Source of the DNA: Dicyema japonicum
Lineage: Eukaryota > Animalia > Dicyemida
Direction of reading: 5' to 3'
NCBI GenBank assembly: GCA_011109175.1
Contig: RDEW01000063.1
Coordinates: 187,779-251,778, forward strand
DNA: 64,000 bases
Shown: piece after piece, positions 13,501 to 26,660 of the stretch
Layout of the letters: every line of letters starts with the position of its first letter
How positions within the stretch are numbered: the first letter of the stretch is position 1
The notes under the pieces: model-generated
The model's input: only the letters and a program-made list of their open reading frames with translations
What the model was told of the DNA's origin: nothing
Databases searched by the model: none
Position numbers and translations under genes: made by a program

Positions 13501-13789
13501 GCAATATGCAATTAAAAAAATTAAACAATTATAAAAATAAGATTAAATTTAATATTAATATAGCACGTTTTTTAAAAATTGTTTGTGGTGTCTGTCCCGT
13601 CAGAGAGAAAATGTCTTTTAAATCAAGAAATTAAGAGACAATATCCATTTGGAATCGATAGTACCGCTGAATGCATGCTGCGCTAATCGCGATTCTCAAT
13701 GTCTCATGGAGATCGCTCTGATATAAAGCTCATGCATCATCAAATAGGCATAAAATATGCATCGGCAGAAAAAATTAATAAAGCAGTTG

Positions 13790-14175
13790 GATTTGAAGAA
13801 TAAATTTTGACGATCTATTTAATGAATTTGTAAATGTCAAATCGATTTGCTCAAAAAAACTAAGGAATGGAAAAATAATCAGGATAATGCGAATTAAATT
13901 GGATCCATGTTTGTAAATATTTTAATGAGAAGAGTATTCAAATTACTAATTTTATTAAAATTATGAATATGTTTTTTTGCTTACCCGCACTGCTGCTCCT
14001 GTAGAAAGAATAATTCCACTTGGACAAAAGAAAAGGTCGAATGAAAGAAGAAACCACAATGACTACAAAAAGAGTTTATAATTGGGAAGAAGGACATACA
14101 ATCTGAGACTGAGCGACTTATGGCTAATGAAGAGACTAGAAGTATGTGATGGAAGGGCTCCACAAAGCCATTTAA
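13790..14175 (+). mobile_element. hAT C-terminal dimerisation-domain relic
   Basis: FCLP.TAAPVERI....NERRN motif, frameshifted. Confidence 0.5.
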
Positions 14176-14879
14176 TTTAATTTTTTTATTAATATGGATT
14201 TGAATTCTAAATGAAATTTTATTTATTTAACTTTATTTTTGTACTAAATTTATTTTAATTCAAATAAAAACAGTTAATAATTCTTCTAGAACCGGACTGT
14301 TGTGGTTAGTTCTGTTGTGATTCGCTGTTTGTTTATTCCACATTGCTTTCAACCTGGTCTGATCGACTTGGTAGTCAGATTTCATTCCGTTCTGACGATT
14401 TTCGTGAACTTCGGCTATTCGAGCTGGTTGGCTCGCTATTGTGAGAGAATAGCCATGCAGTGGGCTTCTCAATTAATTATACTAGATTGTTTATAATAAT
14501 GATTTTTTCGGTTTAAATTTTAGCTTTTCCATTTTTCATTAAAATTTTTATTTTTTTTAAATTTCTATTTAAAAATACATATTGTATTGGATGCTAGGTA
14601 GAAATCAAGTCTGCAATATTTTTCGTTTAATAATTTTTAATTTTTTTTAATCTTAGCACGCAAAATCATAATGGTTATAATTTCACTTGTGCAGCATTCA
14701 AAACAATCCTCCGAACCAACTTCTTCCAACCTCCTCAATCGTAAGATACTTTTTTCAGCTCGTTCACAGTTCTTAGCCAATTGTTTACGATCGGATTAAA
14801 AATTCATAAATATTTGAATAACGTGAACATAAATTATTTTAGCATGTAAGTTTATTATTATTAAAACCAAAAATCACCC

Positions 14880-15440
14880 ACAAATTAAATAACTACATAT
14901 TCCGGCCCCCTCGAATATCCATCTCATTATTGCTTGGTGTTCCTCCTGGGTTCCAACGCATTTCCGGATTGGGCAGGGGTCTCTGACTTTTTGGGAGGTA
15001 GTAAGGCTCAGGTTTTCCTCACTAATTCCTCAAATGGTATATAGTTTAGAGGTGTCTGGGAAAGCCTTTGCAGAGCCTTACAGGCCATTTTTGGAATGTA
15101 TTGATTTTTTCCATATTCGCGTTAGATAGATTGGTTCCCCATGCAGCACACTTGTAAGTTAGAGACAGTCGAGTCCATATTTGAGTTGAAACAACCCTTA
15201 TATTGTCCAAGAAGTGTTTTAACAAAATTTAGTTTTTGTTGTTCCGAGATGACGTTGTCGATGTGTTTGCTGAAGTCAAGAGTGGGTCGTATGTTACGCC
15301 CAGTATCTTGACCAAGTTGGTCGGAGGATCGAGTTCCATTTCTGGTTACACATGGAGCGGAGTTTGTAATCTTGTTTGTCGTGAAAATTGTTGTATAAGA
15401 CTTTTCGGGACTTGTATGTAGAATGTTGAAAAATATAAAC
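14880..15440 (-). mobile_element. I/Ingi-group LINE RT 3' fragment
   Basis: CAAWGTNLS motif; related to 46751-47233 and 62541-63090. Confidence 0.65.
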
Positions 15441-16409
15441 AAAAAGTTTATTTAAATAAATAAATAAAATATAAAAAATGGAAACTTAGTGGATTTGTCG
15501 CATAGTTGAATCTTTATCTTCTCTTCACATTTTAATGTCTTAATATTGATCAGTCAATTTTAGCAACATCTAAGTCTCTATTACTAAGGTCACGTGGGCG
15601 ATCAAGCATTTTTTTCGACCCAATAATTGTCATCGAAATCTTGAATCAAAAAATCTACTGGCATTCTTCTGGTTTTCATAGTCTCCACTTCAATTTCCTC
15701 TCTCACTCCCGTATGACAGCCATATCTTAGAAACAGGAGGAGTGCGAATTAATGGACCTTTGTCCGCACTCTCCCCACTTAAGGAGTTCTCTGGCTACCT
15801 TGGTTTAATCAAAATTTCTTCAGCGGACGGTAAGTCTGCTGCCTCATTGGTGGTGGCCATGTAAAGTTGTTCCCATATTGGAAATTATAGTCATAGCATA
15901 TTATAATTTCGTCATTTCGGTAGTTTTGGATAACTTCCTTGTACTGCTTAAGGTCAGAGACAGCCGCACGGTCAAAAATGTCTTTTATAATTTTTTTTTC
16001 TTTATTTTCACCATGAAATCGTCCGAATATATCTACGACAATTTTTGGGCTGAAAATTTCCAAAATATACACATTCTACCATAAACGGATGAGTAATAAA
16101 AATATCAAAATTATACTCCTATTATGGATGTCATCACCTTTAATTTTGTTAATCCCGGACACATCGAGAAAGAAATAGCTATCTAAAAATGTACGTCCAG
16201 TTCTTACGGTCAACAAAACCAAAGCCCATCCAGATATAACAAATTGCTTAAATTCATACATATAAACGTACAACAGGTAATATTCCTGAAAACCATAGTG
16301 AAGAATTATCATTTCTGGTGCTATCCTGTTACCGGGCGTTTCCCAAGCGTTATACGACTTGATGGAAATGCCGTCAAGGGAACTTCTCTCTGATGGTTGT
16401 TAACTTGGT

Positions 16410-18440
16410 TTTTTTTTGACTTTTATTTAAAACTTTATTAGCAAGGAAAAATTAAAGAGAGAGTTATTTGGCTTCAGACGCAAGTCCCGCAAACGCTTGG
16501 ACTCTTCTCTGCGTTCTCAGACCTTTTTATCGTTTATTCTGTGCTGCAACATACGGCATCTCTTTTCAGGAAGTTTTCCATCATTTTTTCTGCTGCATCT
16601 ATTATCGACATTACTAGCAAATTTTCATTTTTATCTAGCTTCTCGTCGATCCTTTTGTGTAAGGCAATCTTGATCCCTGCTCTCCTCGATTTTTCAAGAA
16701 GCAGGATAAAACGTTTTTTGTATGCAGTGTAATACCATCCTTCCAGTCCATAAAGGAGTGATGGAATGATCGTACATGTAAAAATAAATAAAACATATCC
16801 GATTCGAGTCTCAATTTCCTCATACACAATAACGCATGGTGGGCTTTCTTCTTTTTGAGTTTAAAATCGCACAATGTGCTCCCAGATTTCTCAAAAGCTC
16901 TTCCGAGATACTTCAGGGAGCTCACAATGTTGATTCCGCAAATGGAGTCTTTCTGATTTACTTTACCATTCCGACCGAGGATCATTATTTCACTAGATTT
17001 TTCTTCTGACAGTTCTTTTATCTCTTCCATGTACATATTGAGTCTCCTCTCTGCAATCGTGCTCGATCTCGACATATCAGACAGTAGCACGACGTCTGCC
17101 TATATCAGAGATCTCGTACTCGGTGTAGACGAAGACGGGAAACCGACAATTAGAACATTCAACAATATAGGGCTCAAAATTGATCCTTGTGGGACTCCTC
17201 TCTTCAATAATATCATATTTGAAAAATAGCGTCATCTAACATAGGATTTTCTTCCTTTTAGGTATACTTTCACCCAATTCACTAGTTCCTTTAAGCTCCT
17301 TGTCCGAGATAACTGATCGATTATGGCTCTGTGGTTAACACTGTCAAATGCTTTTGATATGTCGAGACATATGACATTCAAGAGACATTAGGATTCTCTG
17401 GCTTTGCATAACTCGGAGTTGAGATGAAATAAGCAATCACCGCATGACCGTCCTGGGCGAAAACCAAATTGATCATTTCTGAAGTAATCTTCTTTTTCCA
17501 GCTGAGTTGTAAGCCTCCAGAAGATAATTTTTTCCATGACTTTTGAGATCGACCTAATCAGGCTGATCGGACAGTAGCTATCAGGATCATTTTTCGGTCT
17601 TCCTGTCTTCGCCACTATCCGTACAATGGTCTTCTTCCATTCTTGCGGAACATAGCCAATTTTTATGTATGCGTTGAACACATCTTTTAGGACTTCGAAT
17701 AAAATTTCCGGGCCTTCTTTGAACATTCTAGCTTTGATGAAATCACTGCCCGGAGCTTTATTCTTTACAGCTCTTGTTGCTATCTTCAGCTCTTCTAGAG
17801 AGATCTCTATAAATGCTGTTTTCTCTGACAATGGTTTGTAACAAGTCTTCTTTGCTATGACATCATTGTCCACATCAAATATCTTTTTATGCTGTGTCTC
17901 AAAAAACTAGAGATATTTCTTTTTCAGCATAGTATGTGCCATCCGGTTTCTTGAGCACAATCTTGTTTGCGATTGACTCTGGGTTCCTCACTCTTCGGTA
18001 TAACTTCCAGACATAAGGATTCTGTTTGTTTAGCTTCCGTAGTTGAGAGTTCCACTTATTCTCATTCCAACTTTTGAATTTTTCCGACAACTGCTTTTGT
18101 AGTTCGCCAATTCTCTGAAACAAGGCTAAGCGGTCCTGTAGGTCTACGCATCTCCTCAGTTTAGTTCTTAGATTATTTCTTTTCAACACAATTTTCTTGA
18201 TGTGCCATGGACTAGGGACAGCATTATCGTTTCTTGAGTATATTTTTCTAGCAAAAAGACTCCAGGTTCATTAATAATTTTCAAATCCACGGATATTAGC
18301 AATGGAATGTAGTCACTGCCAATATCCGGAAAAGTAATTGGTACGTCGGCGTATTCTGAAATAGTAGGGGAAATCAAGAAGACACCAAGCTTGTCACCCC
18401 CGTAGGGAGAAAAATGGTTATCCTCTTTCGGTGTAAGGAC
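16410..18440 (-). mobile_element. 5'-truncated APE LINE (Jockey/I-type) nested in a SINE-like repeat
   Basis: APE C-half (GSD.IP), NKAPGSD, PISLI..ISKVMEKII, QFGFRPGRS, DISKAFDS, YADV, KYLG; AATAAA plus A-tract at the 3' end; flanks 18445-18610 and 16150-16405 are two halves of the 310-nt repeat. Confidence 0.85.
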
Positions 18441-19172
18441 TTTTACTCTTAGGCTTTTTTGGATATAATTTAGAATTATATATGTCTCCACCAGAGATGG
18501 TGAACCAGATGAAATACGATAACAATTCAAGCTCCCTCAACTAAAAAAAGAGGGAACAGAAGAAACAAACAAAAAGACTCACTAATGACATTCTCACAAC
18601 ACATTGAAGAATTCTTGATAAAAGGGCTCGGAATTGAATGTATTGGAAGTAATTATAAAGAAAAGTTCCTTCCCTCCTATTGACTGCATATCCAGACCAT
18701 ACAAAAAAATTTAATATGCATGTCCATCATGGAAGTTTGCGATATACTCATCCAAACGCAACAAACTAAATACAATAAGACAGAGCTACATGTTAGCATC
18801 CCACTTTATATGAGAACATGGAGAATTAATATAAAAGAGTTTTATGGAAATTATTCTGAACTGAAAGTTAAAATGGAACCCAACTTACGTTGATTTATAT
18901 TGACAAAATTGTGATAGAGAGTATGTTCATGAGATATTACACAGACCAACCTCCATCGATAAAGATTCTTCATTTATTTAAATAATTTATATATAATATA
19001 GATCCTAAGAAATTTGGTCGCAGAAAGAAGAAGATTTGAAAGCCATGTTGAACCGATTACCAGGTATAAGATCCTTAAATCGAAAAGATTATTTATTCAT
19101 TATAAATAATATAATACAAATTTATAAATTCAAATAAAAAATTAAATTAAATTTATATTAAGGTCATCAATT

Positions 19173-21470
19173 ATGGAAGCACCTTCATTATATGCATTAT
19201 GCATCAATAATATTCGAACGAACGTTAAAGAACAAAAATATATAAAATTAAGCGATAAATCCAAGAAAATGATTTCCAAAAGAACTCTTAACGAATTGAA
19301 ATATTTGATTCCTTACTCTAAGAGAGATCTACTTTTTAAAGATTCATTTTTAAATAAAATTTCAGATGTAGTGCAGAAAGACATTTTTTGCATTCAGTTG
19401 ACTAATCAGAATGTTGACATTAAGAAGGTTGTTAACATGATTCAAGTTTATCCAAATTTATCAAATATTACAATAAGAAGGATTGTTTCATCAGAAAAGA
19501 ATCCTGAACTACCGTATTTATCAAATAACGTTAAATCATTCACACTCTGTAAGTACGATGACCCAGATTTGCTAAATCAGTTATTTATGACTGGATTTAG
19601 AAAAATAAAGTATCTCTCCCTCGTTGGACTCGGTGATAAAACCAAAATTAACAGTACATTGAAAATAATAGAAAAACTGGAACGCATAAATTTTCACGAT
19701 GTTTTTATTTCCAATTTTGATAATTTTATTTCAACCCTAAACAGTCCAGAGTCTCTGAGGTAGATTCTCTCTCAATTTTAGACATTTTATACATACAAGT
19801 TATTTTCGCTGCAATGGATGTGACAGTAATTTCTATTCTTTTTTCAAAAAAGCCAAGAACCTTACTTACGTAAATTTATCTGGATGTTTTATTAAAAAAA
19901 GAAAACTAAAAAAGTTAACAAAGTTATTGATTTTAATAATCTTAGCAAAATTAAAAAAATGGGATTTAAAAAATTTCAAGATGGGAAAATTTTACATTTC
20001 AGTAAAAATATAACCGATTCTGTATTTATATTAAAGAATATAGAATGATTCGGAATCAACTTTAAATAACCTAGTCAGATCTGCTCTACGTTTGAATAAC
20101 ATTAAACTACTGGCGGGTGTTTTTGAGTCGATTGTTAGTTTTAAATTTAAAATTGAAAATAAATTATTAAAACCATTTTTGAGAGTATTTTAAAATATAA
20201 ATTTAGCTTCTCCGTCGCTTTTTATATGATTGTAAATATCGTATGCTTTTTCAATTCTGTAATTTAATATTTTAATTTCAGGGAAATTCTAAACAGCATA
20301 ATCATAAATCAACCAATTTCAAATGCTAATGCTTGGTATAAGTAGATTTCATCCATAGCTTTATTTTTGATACTTTTCTTGACATTATTACGTATGAAGA
20401 TATGTGTGATTTAATGGAGCTTTTCATTGTGAGTTTTTGGCTGATTTTAAACCGTGGGAGATATCTATTTTTGTTAGTTAATTCTTATTTTTAGCTTCCT
20501 GCACTTTCAATTGTGTTAATAAAACTTTATTACTGGAATAATGATTTTTGTCGTCATCCTCGTTATATTGTAAAAAAATTGAGTATAGATCTTCTTGCCT
20601 ATCTTGGCTATTCTGAAGGACTTGTCAAAGTTCAAAAAACAATAAATTTTTAGTCATGCGTTGAACAGTTTAAAAAAGATGACAAAAATAATATACTCCG
20701 TTTTAGTTTGTTGACGTGTCTTCTAGGTATTTAAAAATATTTTTGTAGACGAAAATGAAAAAATGTGAATTTGTTTCTCCATTATAGTGGAATTTATTAT
20801 ATTTATTATTTTTTCGACAGATTTTCTGTGTCTACCATGAAGACAATTATATATTAATTCTTTTATTTAAAATTGTGGAAAATATGGCTAAATCCTCAAA
20901 CACCAGATATTTAATAATGACGCATCGTCTACTAGATCTTATATTGTAATATTTTTGTTTATTGAAAAGGGAAATTGAATACTCAAACCGTTACACTGAT
21001 GTCACCTATTTTTTATATAGATGTATCTGCCAGATATTATGTGATCCAAATGATATTTTTCCTACTTTTTTGAATTCTGATTTTAGCGATTTGAATCCAC
21101 GTGAACACATTCTAGAAAAAATTGTTCAGTTTATAAAAAAGCTTAATTATCCAATCACCAGTAAAATCAGAGATACGATAATTTCTGTTGATTTAGATAT
21201 GAGGTATTTCCTAGGTATTTCCTAAGGTCAATGGAATCAACGATAAATTTATTAAATGTGAACACAGATGAACGAATTTGGCTTTGGGCTGTGTGGGAAT
21301 GTGCCAATCTAACATCATTGTATCATAATTCCTTAATTATGGACATGTTTGTTTCTCATAACATTATTATGAAAATTGAGACTGTATGTTTACTATCCAA
21401 TATGAAAGAGATCCATGACTATGCTGAGTTTTTTAAAAGAATATACAATGTTGTTATTTTTATAATTTAG
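19173..21470 (+). CDS. ZER1: ZER1/ZYG11-family CRL2 substrate receptor (BC-box, LRR, ARM), copy 1; multi-intron, frameshifts in the assembly
   Basis: PSLYALC BC-box; LTYVNLSGC LRR; NMAKSSNTRYLIMT, DVTYFLYRCICQILCD and LWAVWECANL align by recall to ZER1 NVAEVKELRPQLMT, EVSYNACGVLSHIMFD and HWATWALYNL; 22-24 nt introns (e.g. 19760-19781); single-base losses near 20240, 20425 and 20763. ZER1 vs ZYG11 not resolved. Confidence 0.75.
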
Positions 21471-22037
21471 AATTACATCAACCATCATTAAAGTTAACAT
21501 ATTTGATAATTTCCATTAACTATTTTACTAATTGTTGTTGTGGTTTATTAATTAGTATGGTAGATTCATAAATTATAGATATTGGATCAATAAGAATCTA
21601 CAGATATATATTTTCTTATTTTAAATTTATCACATAGTTAACGATTAGCAAGAAAGATTTCATTTTGAGACTGGATTTGGTCAAATATTGAGAAAGGTGA
21701 GTCACATTACGTCACCTTACTTAGGCCACAAAAGCACGTATTTAGTGTATAACCAGAAGCTCATGTTGAACTCCCGCAACCACTGGTTATACGGATTATG
21801 GGTCAATGATTCGTTAAAGAGTATTTTGTTCCAAAAGTCTTTCTTCCTCTAACTTTAAGTACTTTTCTTGGCTATCTTCGATCTTTATGTTATTTATTTA
21901 GCAAAGTATGGATGCTTGAATCGAATGCGTAAGAGTTTATTATTTATTTGATTAACCCATGATAACAGGGTAAAATTAAAAAAATTAAGCACTACCGCGT
22001 TGCCATAAGCACGTAAAATACCTAGGGTTTCGCTTGT

Positions 22038-22310
22038 GCAGAACACATACTTTATTTAAGTAAAAAACAGTTATTATAACTAATCGTAGAGGGAGAACCA
22101 AGGAATGCTCTTCACTTCTTTGTTTTTTTTTTCTTTTCTTGTGTTTATGTCCTTTTGACTACCCAGTTCCGCAATGAATCTTCACTGATGACTCGTCAAG
22201 CCCTTTCCGCATCGTATATGGTGGAACCTTCCACCAGGTGAACAGCAGCGAGAATCGAACCCGTGACCTAAGCCACTTTAGCCCGTCACCTAACCACTAT
22301 GCCACCTGGC
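22038..22310 (-). repeat. tRNA-headed SINE copy
   Basis: Box A TGGCATAGTGG (22294-22304), box B GGTTCGATTCTC (22250-22261), shared core and tail. Confidence 0.8.
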
Positions 22311-22345
22311 TAACTGGTTAAATAAAAAGGAAAAAGTTTCCAACT

Positions 22346-23300
22346 ATGTCGTACGTTGGACGATTCATTTCCTGCACATCTGTTTTCACTTACGGCCTGC
22401 AAACCTTTGGTCAAAGGATTCTAGACTCCCTACCCGAATTCTCAATTGACCAAGACATAATCCACGCACGAGAAGCCTGGAATGCCACCAATTTCCCCAT
22501 GTCTCCTTCACAAGACTGCCAGCGAAACCTGGACAATTTATTATGTTGGAATTCATTTGGAATCCTACTGGAATCAGTCAATCAGCACCGACGTGCTTGT
22601 TTGCTTTCGGGGGCTTTCCCTGAGAGCGGATCTTGGCTAAACGCCATCCCCAATGGAGTTATAGGAACCTTTACTGGATGATGAATGCGTTAGAAGTGCT
22701 ATCTCTCTGCGGCTGGGACTAAAAGTATATTTACCTCACCCGTGCTGATGTGGTATTCTGATAGACTGCTATGGCCTGCATTCTCTTGCCTGCAAGATGT
22801 GCGATGGTAGATCCCCAAGGCACAAGGCTCTGAATGAGATTGTCAAGAAAGCTTTGGATGTCGCTGGATACTCGGCCATTTTTGAACCGGTCGGGTTATG
22901 CAGAAATGACGGGAAACGACCGGACGGACCATATTTCCCTTTGAAACCGGGAAACCACTTGTTTGGGGCGAGACATGTACAGACACGTTCTCCCCGAACA
23001 ATCTTCACGAGTGCGATTCAAGGTCCTGCTTTTCAGCCGTCAAGACGGAAAAGGCCAATCTTGAAAAATACGTAGACCTTCCCGATAATGTCAAATTTGT
23101 TCTTTTTGCTATGGAGAATTCCGGATCCTACTCCTCCTCTACACTCGAGTTTTTCGGACGTCTTGGAAACTGGATCACCTAATGCACTGGAGATCTCCGT
23201 GAACACCGCTGGCTAATTGAGCGAATTTTGCTCGCAAGGAACAGCCGCGCAGTTAAGGCGGAAACTAACTAACTTATGTTTTGACCAAAATAAAAAACTT
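22346..23300 (+). mobile_element. CRE-clade 3' fragment
   Basis: SGSWLNAIP, RH.ALNEIVK, EPVGLCRNDGKRPDG. Confidence 0.8.
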
Positions 23301-23784
23301 CAGATAAAAAAAGTAATTCAGACTGTTAATGGAGTTGTCGAGTCTAGTGGAGACAGTAATCAAATGTAGCCTGCCTCATTGGACAAGGTTTTAGCTCCTA
23401 ATTTTATCTTGAGAATATTTCATCCAGTGTTCTCTGGGATTTGGCTGCCCTTAAGGATCTTCTCTGTTCCTCAGTGACTTGTCCTTAATGGAGACAGAGG
23501 CTGTCTCCGTTCCTGCCACTCTTGGATGGCTGACAGTTTCATGAGATGGACATCGTCCAGAAGCTTATAGTACCATTGGCATGATAAATTATCGGAAGAT
23601 AGGATTTAATGATTCCGTTTTTATTTCAAGACATCAAGCGACGATTTTAAACACCTTTTATTAATCGCAGCTAATATAGTTTTTGATGTGTTAGCAAAGA
23701 GTCCCTGATCAAAGTTGACCTCCAGAATATTCGGTTTTTAGTCTAACTATTAATAAAAAAGGGACAACTTGAACTATGCCACGT

Positions 23785-24095
23785 GGCGCCAAAGTTAATG
23801 TGATGTAATGTGGTTTCTTGAATTGAAGCTTTTTATTTGTTTCTTCTGTTCCACCTATTCACTTTTGGATAGGGAGCTTAAATTGTTAGCGTATGTATGT
23901 TGTCCACCATCTCTGTGGAGACAGATATAATCCTAAATTAAATCCAAAAAGGACTACGAGTCAACAACCGTCCAGAGGAGTTTTCCCTGTAGGCTTTTCC
24001 ATGAAGTTGGATCATGCAAAGACTTCTGTGAAAGGCTGGGATTACCTGAATTTTTTCATACTTGTTTTGTTGGGGGTCTTCTAATTCAATAAATT
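23785..24095 (+). repeat. Non-tRNA SINE-like ~310-nt repeat
   Basis: gccac.tggcgcca head, ccacc-loop-gtgg hairpin, ctggatt..ctgaat tail; homologous to 46000-46300 and 51565-51886. Confidence 0.7.
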
Positions 24096-24299
24096 TAAAT
24101 TTAAGGATTCTTGGCTCGATTCAGAGCTGTCTTATGTACGTGGTAACCAATGTGACAGAATTTTATTTCTGATGTTGAGCCTCTTCTTGGAGAGCCACAG
24201 TTTCTGCTTTTCGAGCATTTTTTTGACGGACTGAGTAGCTGATTGAATGTTTTTTCTCTTCCTGGAAAGAATAATGTTGTTGTCGCAGGAGACGACGAG

Positions 24300-24640
24300 A
24301 TAATTCTCATTGCTGGTTTGAGGCATTTCGTTTATGCAGAGGTTGGATTGTTGAACCTTTGTGTAGGGCAATCGTGATCCCTGCTCTCCTCGATTTTTCG
24401 AGAAGCAAGATAAAACGTTTTTTGTATGCAGTGTAATACCATTCTTCCAGTCCATAAAGGAGTAATGGAATGATCGTACGTGAAAAAATAAATGAAAACA
24501 TATCCGTTTCGAGTCTCAATTTCCTCATACACAAGATCGGATAATGGGTTTTTATCCTTTTGAGTTTAAAATCGCACAACGTGCTCCCAGATTTTGCAAA
24601 AGCTGTTCCGAGATACTTCAGGGAGCTCACGATGTTGATT
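24300..24640 (-). mobile_element. APE-LINE RT C-terminal fragment
   Basis: Near-identical to 16640-16935; SLKYLG motif. Confidence 0.8.
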
Positions 24641-25169
24641 CAACAGTCGCTTTGAACCTTATCAGCGACTAATTTATAGTGGATCATCTCGGCTTTTCTA
24701 GAATTTTCTCGACTCGTAGGGATAGCAGAACAATTCTTCAAGACAGAGAAAAGTATTCCACCGAATCTTGAGCTTTCACTAGGCAGCATCACATTACTTC
24801 AGAATCCTCACATCGAATGCATTTCTGATTTTACCTCTTCTCCATTTGGTGAATTGAAAAATTCGACCGTTCTTTCCTGGGACATATCTGCGTCTGTGAT
24901 CAAACCTCCGGAAATTATGTCCAAGGAGTATATAATTCACAAGGTTGTGGAAAATAATTGTATTTCCACGTGGACAATCCACCACTAAGGTTTTTCCACC
25001 ACTATGACGTAAGATCTCCTGTCTCGGTGCATGATGTTTTCGTAGGACAGAAAATTCTTTTATCCAGCTTTAAACTTCCATCCTAGGCAACTCCTAGAAA
25101 AAGCAATAAATTTGTTTCTGTATAGTCAAGATCTCTCTAATTAAGGCGTTGGATCCATAATGTCTACAC

Positions 25170-25730
25170 CAGGCTGTCAAAAACGCGGGCACAAAGGATT
25201 ATTTTACAGTCGACGACATTGAGGCGGACTTCGTCATTATAATGAAACCACCAGAGGAAAGCAGTGGATTTCTGTCAGTGCCGTCAAATTGATAGGCCGC
25301 GGTTATGAGCGTTCTACGTGGTCAGACATTCTCAGCTTAAACTTTACATTCCCAGAGAAACGATGCTGTCATAAAAAGTGCTTGCATCCAAGTATTTAGC
25401 GGAGCACCTTGCACGTAGCTTCCGTCGATTAGATGATACTCAAATTGTCTCATTTATTGGCGATAATGTTAACAAATTTTAAAACAATACTAAATTTTAT
25501 CTTGGTGCCGGTTATTATGTTGTCTTTATAAAGCACTGCGCAAACTGAACCATTTAGAATGACATCTGCTAAGAAGAGCACCTGGCTTTTGGGATACCTT
25601 CCTGAAAAGATTATAAATTTCAGAAAGTTTTCAACAAGGATTATCGCAGTGTTCGGTTTCGCCTATAGTTGTTTTCTTCCACAAAATAATCTTATGCGGC
25701 CCCTGGAGCTATTTGAGTTTGACATGAATG
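25170..25730 (+). mobile_element. Non-autonomous hAT with TIRs and 8-bp TSD
   Basis: Ends caggctgtcaaa / tttgacatgaatg; TSD gtctacac (25162-25169) and gtctgcac (25731-25738). Confidence 0.8.
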
Positions 25731-25799
25731 GTCTGCACAACGTCCAATCTTAAAGTGGCCCCTATTTTTTCCCCGATCTCCCTTCTGATATAATACGGA

Positions 25800-26660
25800 A
25801 TCATCGCTGTCTTTTCCAACCGCATTCCGATAGTTCATAAAAGGCTGTAACACGGAAACACGGACATTTATTGGTAATCGCGGGTATTGACTTTTATCAC
25901 TCAGTCATATAATCTAGATAACATCATCAGTTCTCCCAATCTCCATATTAATATTTTACTGTTGGTGGATATGGGTGCTCCCAGTATACTGTAAAACAGT
26001 TGAGTATTCCGTTATAAATGAAGGGGAGACAAGGAAAACTATAAGTTTATCTCCGCCAGATGGAGAATGATGATTAACCTTCTTAGAAGTTTGCACTTCA
26101 AATCTCACAGTCGATAGAATTTTTAAATAACGTTGATCTATCCCCCATCCGTCTACAGAGTGAAGTTTAAAATTTCTTTTTGACTCCTCCGTTTTCTGGT
26201 ATTTTCCATAGATGAACTTCACATTTTGAGAGTTTTGTAGAGTCTCGTAGGTCCACTGCATCATTTCACTTTTGTGCAGAACAATATACAAAGTTCTTAT
26301 AGCATTTGATAGCAGACCTTCCTAACCATTCGGTATCTATAGTGGGCCCTCCAATCTCGAGTCCAAAGCGTACGAGGGACGTAGCTTCCGTTTTCGAGCT
26401 GATGACCAGCGCAAAGCGTTTTCCAGTCAGATTGCGCTTACTCCAAGGTCTTGTACAGTTACTACCAGTCTAGATAGTGAAACCTCCTATTACTGGAAAC
26501 TGGCCCTTTGTGGTCTCTAACCCGGCTTTGATATCATTTTTATCTCATTTTGTGCCCACGAATAGAGTATTTCATCCCTAAAAAACGGTGATGCAGACCA
26601 ACCATGCATTCGAAGACTTTTGTACATCCTTCCCATTTTTGACGCAGCTGTTGAGTCCTT
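25800..26660 (-). mobile_element. APE-LINE ORF1 and endonuclease fragment
   Basis: EATSLVRFG..IG similar to ORF1 at 57120-57401; NHHSPSGGDKL.VFLVSP similar to APE at 18183-18530. Confidence 0.6.

Noticed and set aside
22240-22310. Functional tRNA gene
   Set aside because: Boxes A/B are present but there is no acceptor stem or cloverleaf, and it is attached to a repeated SINE body
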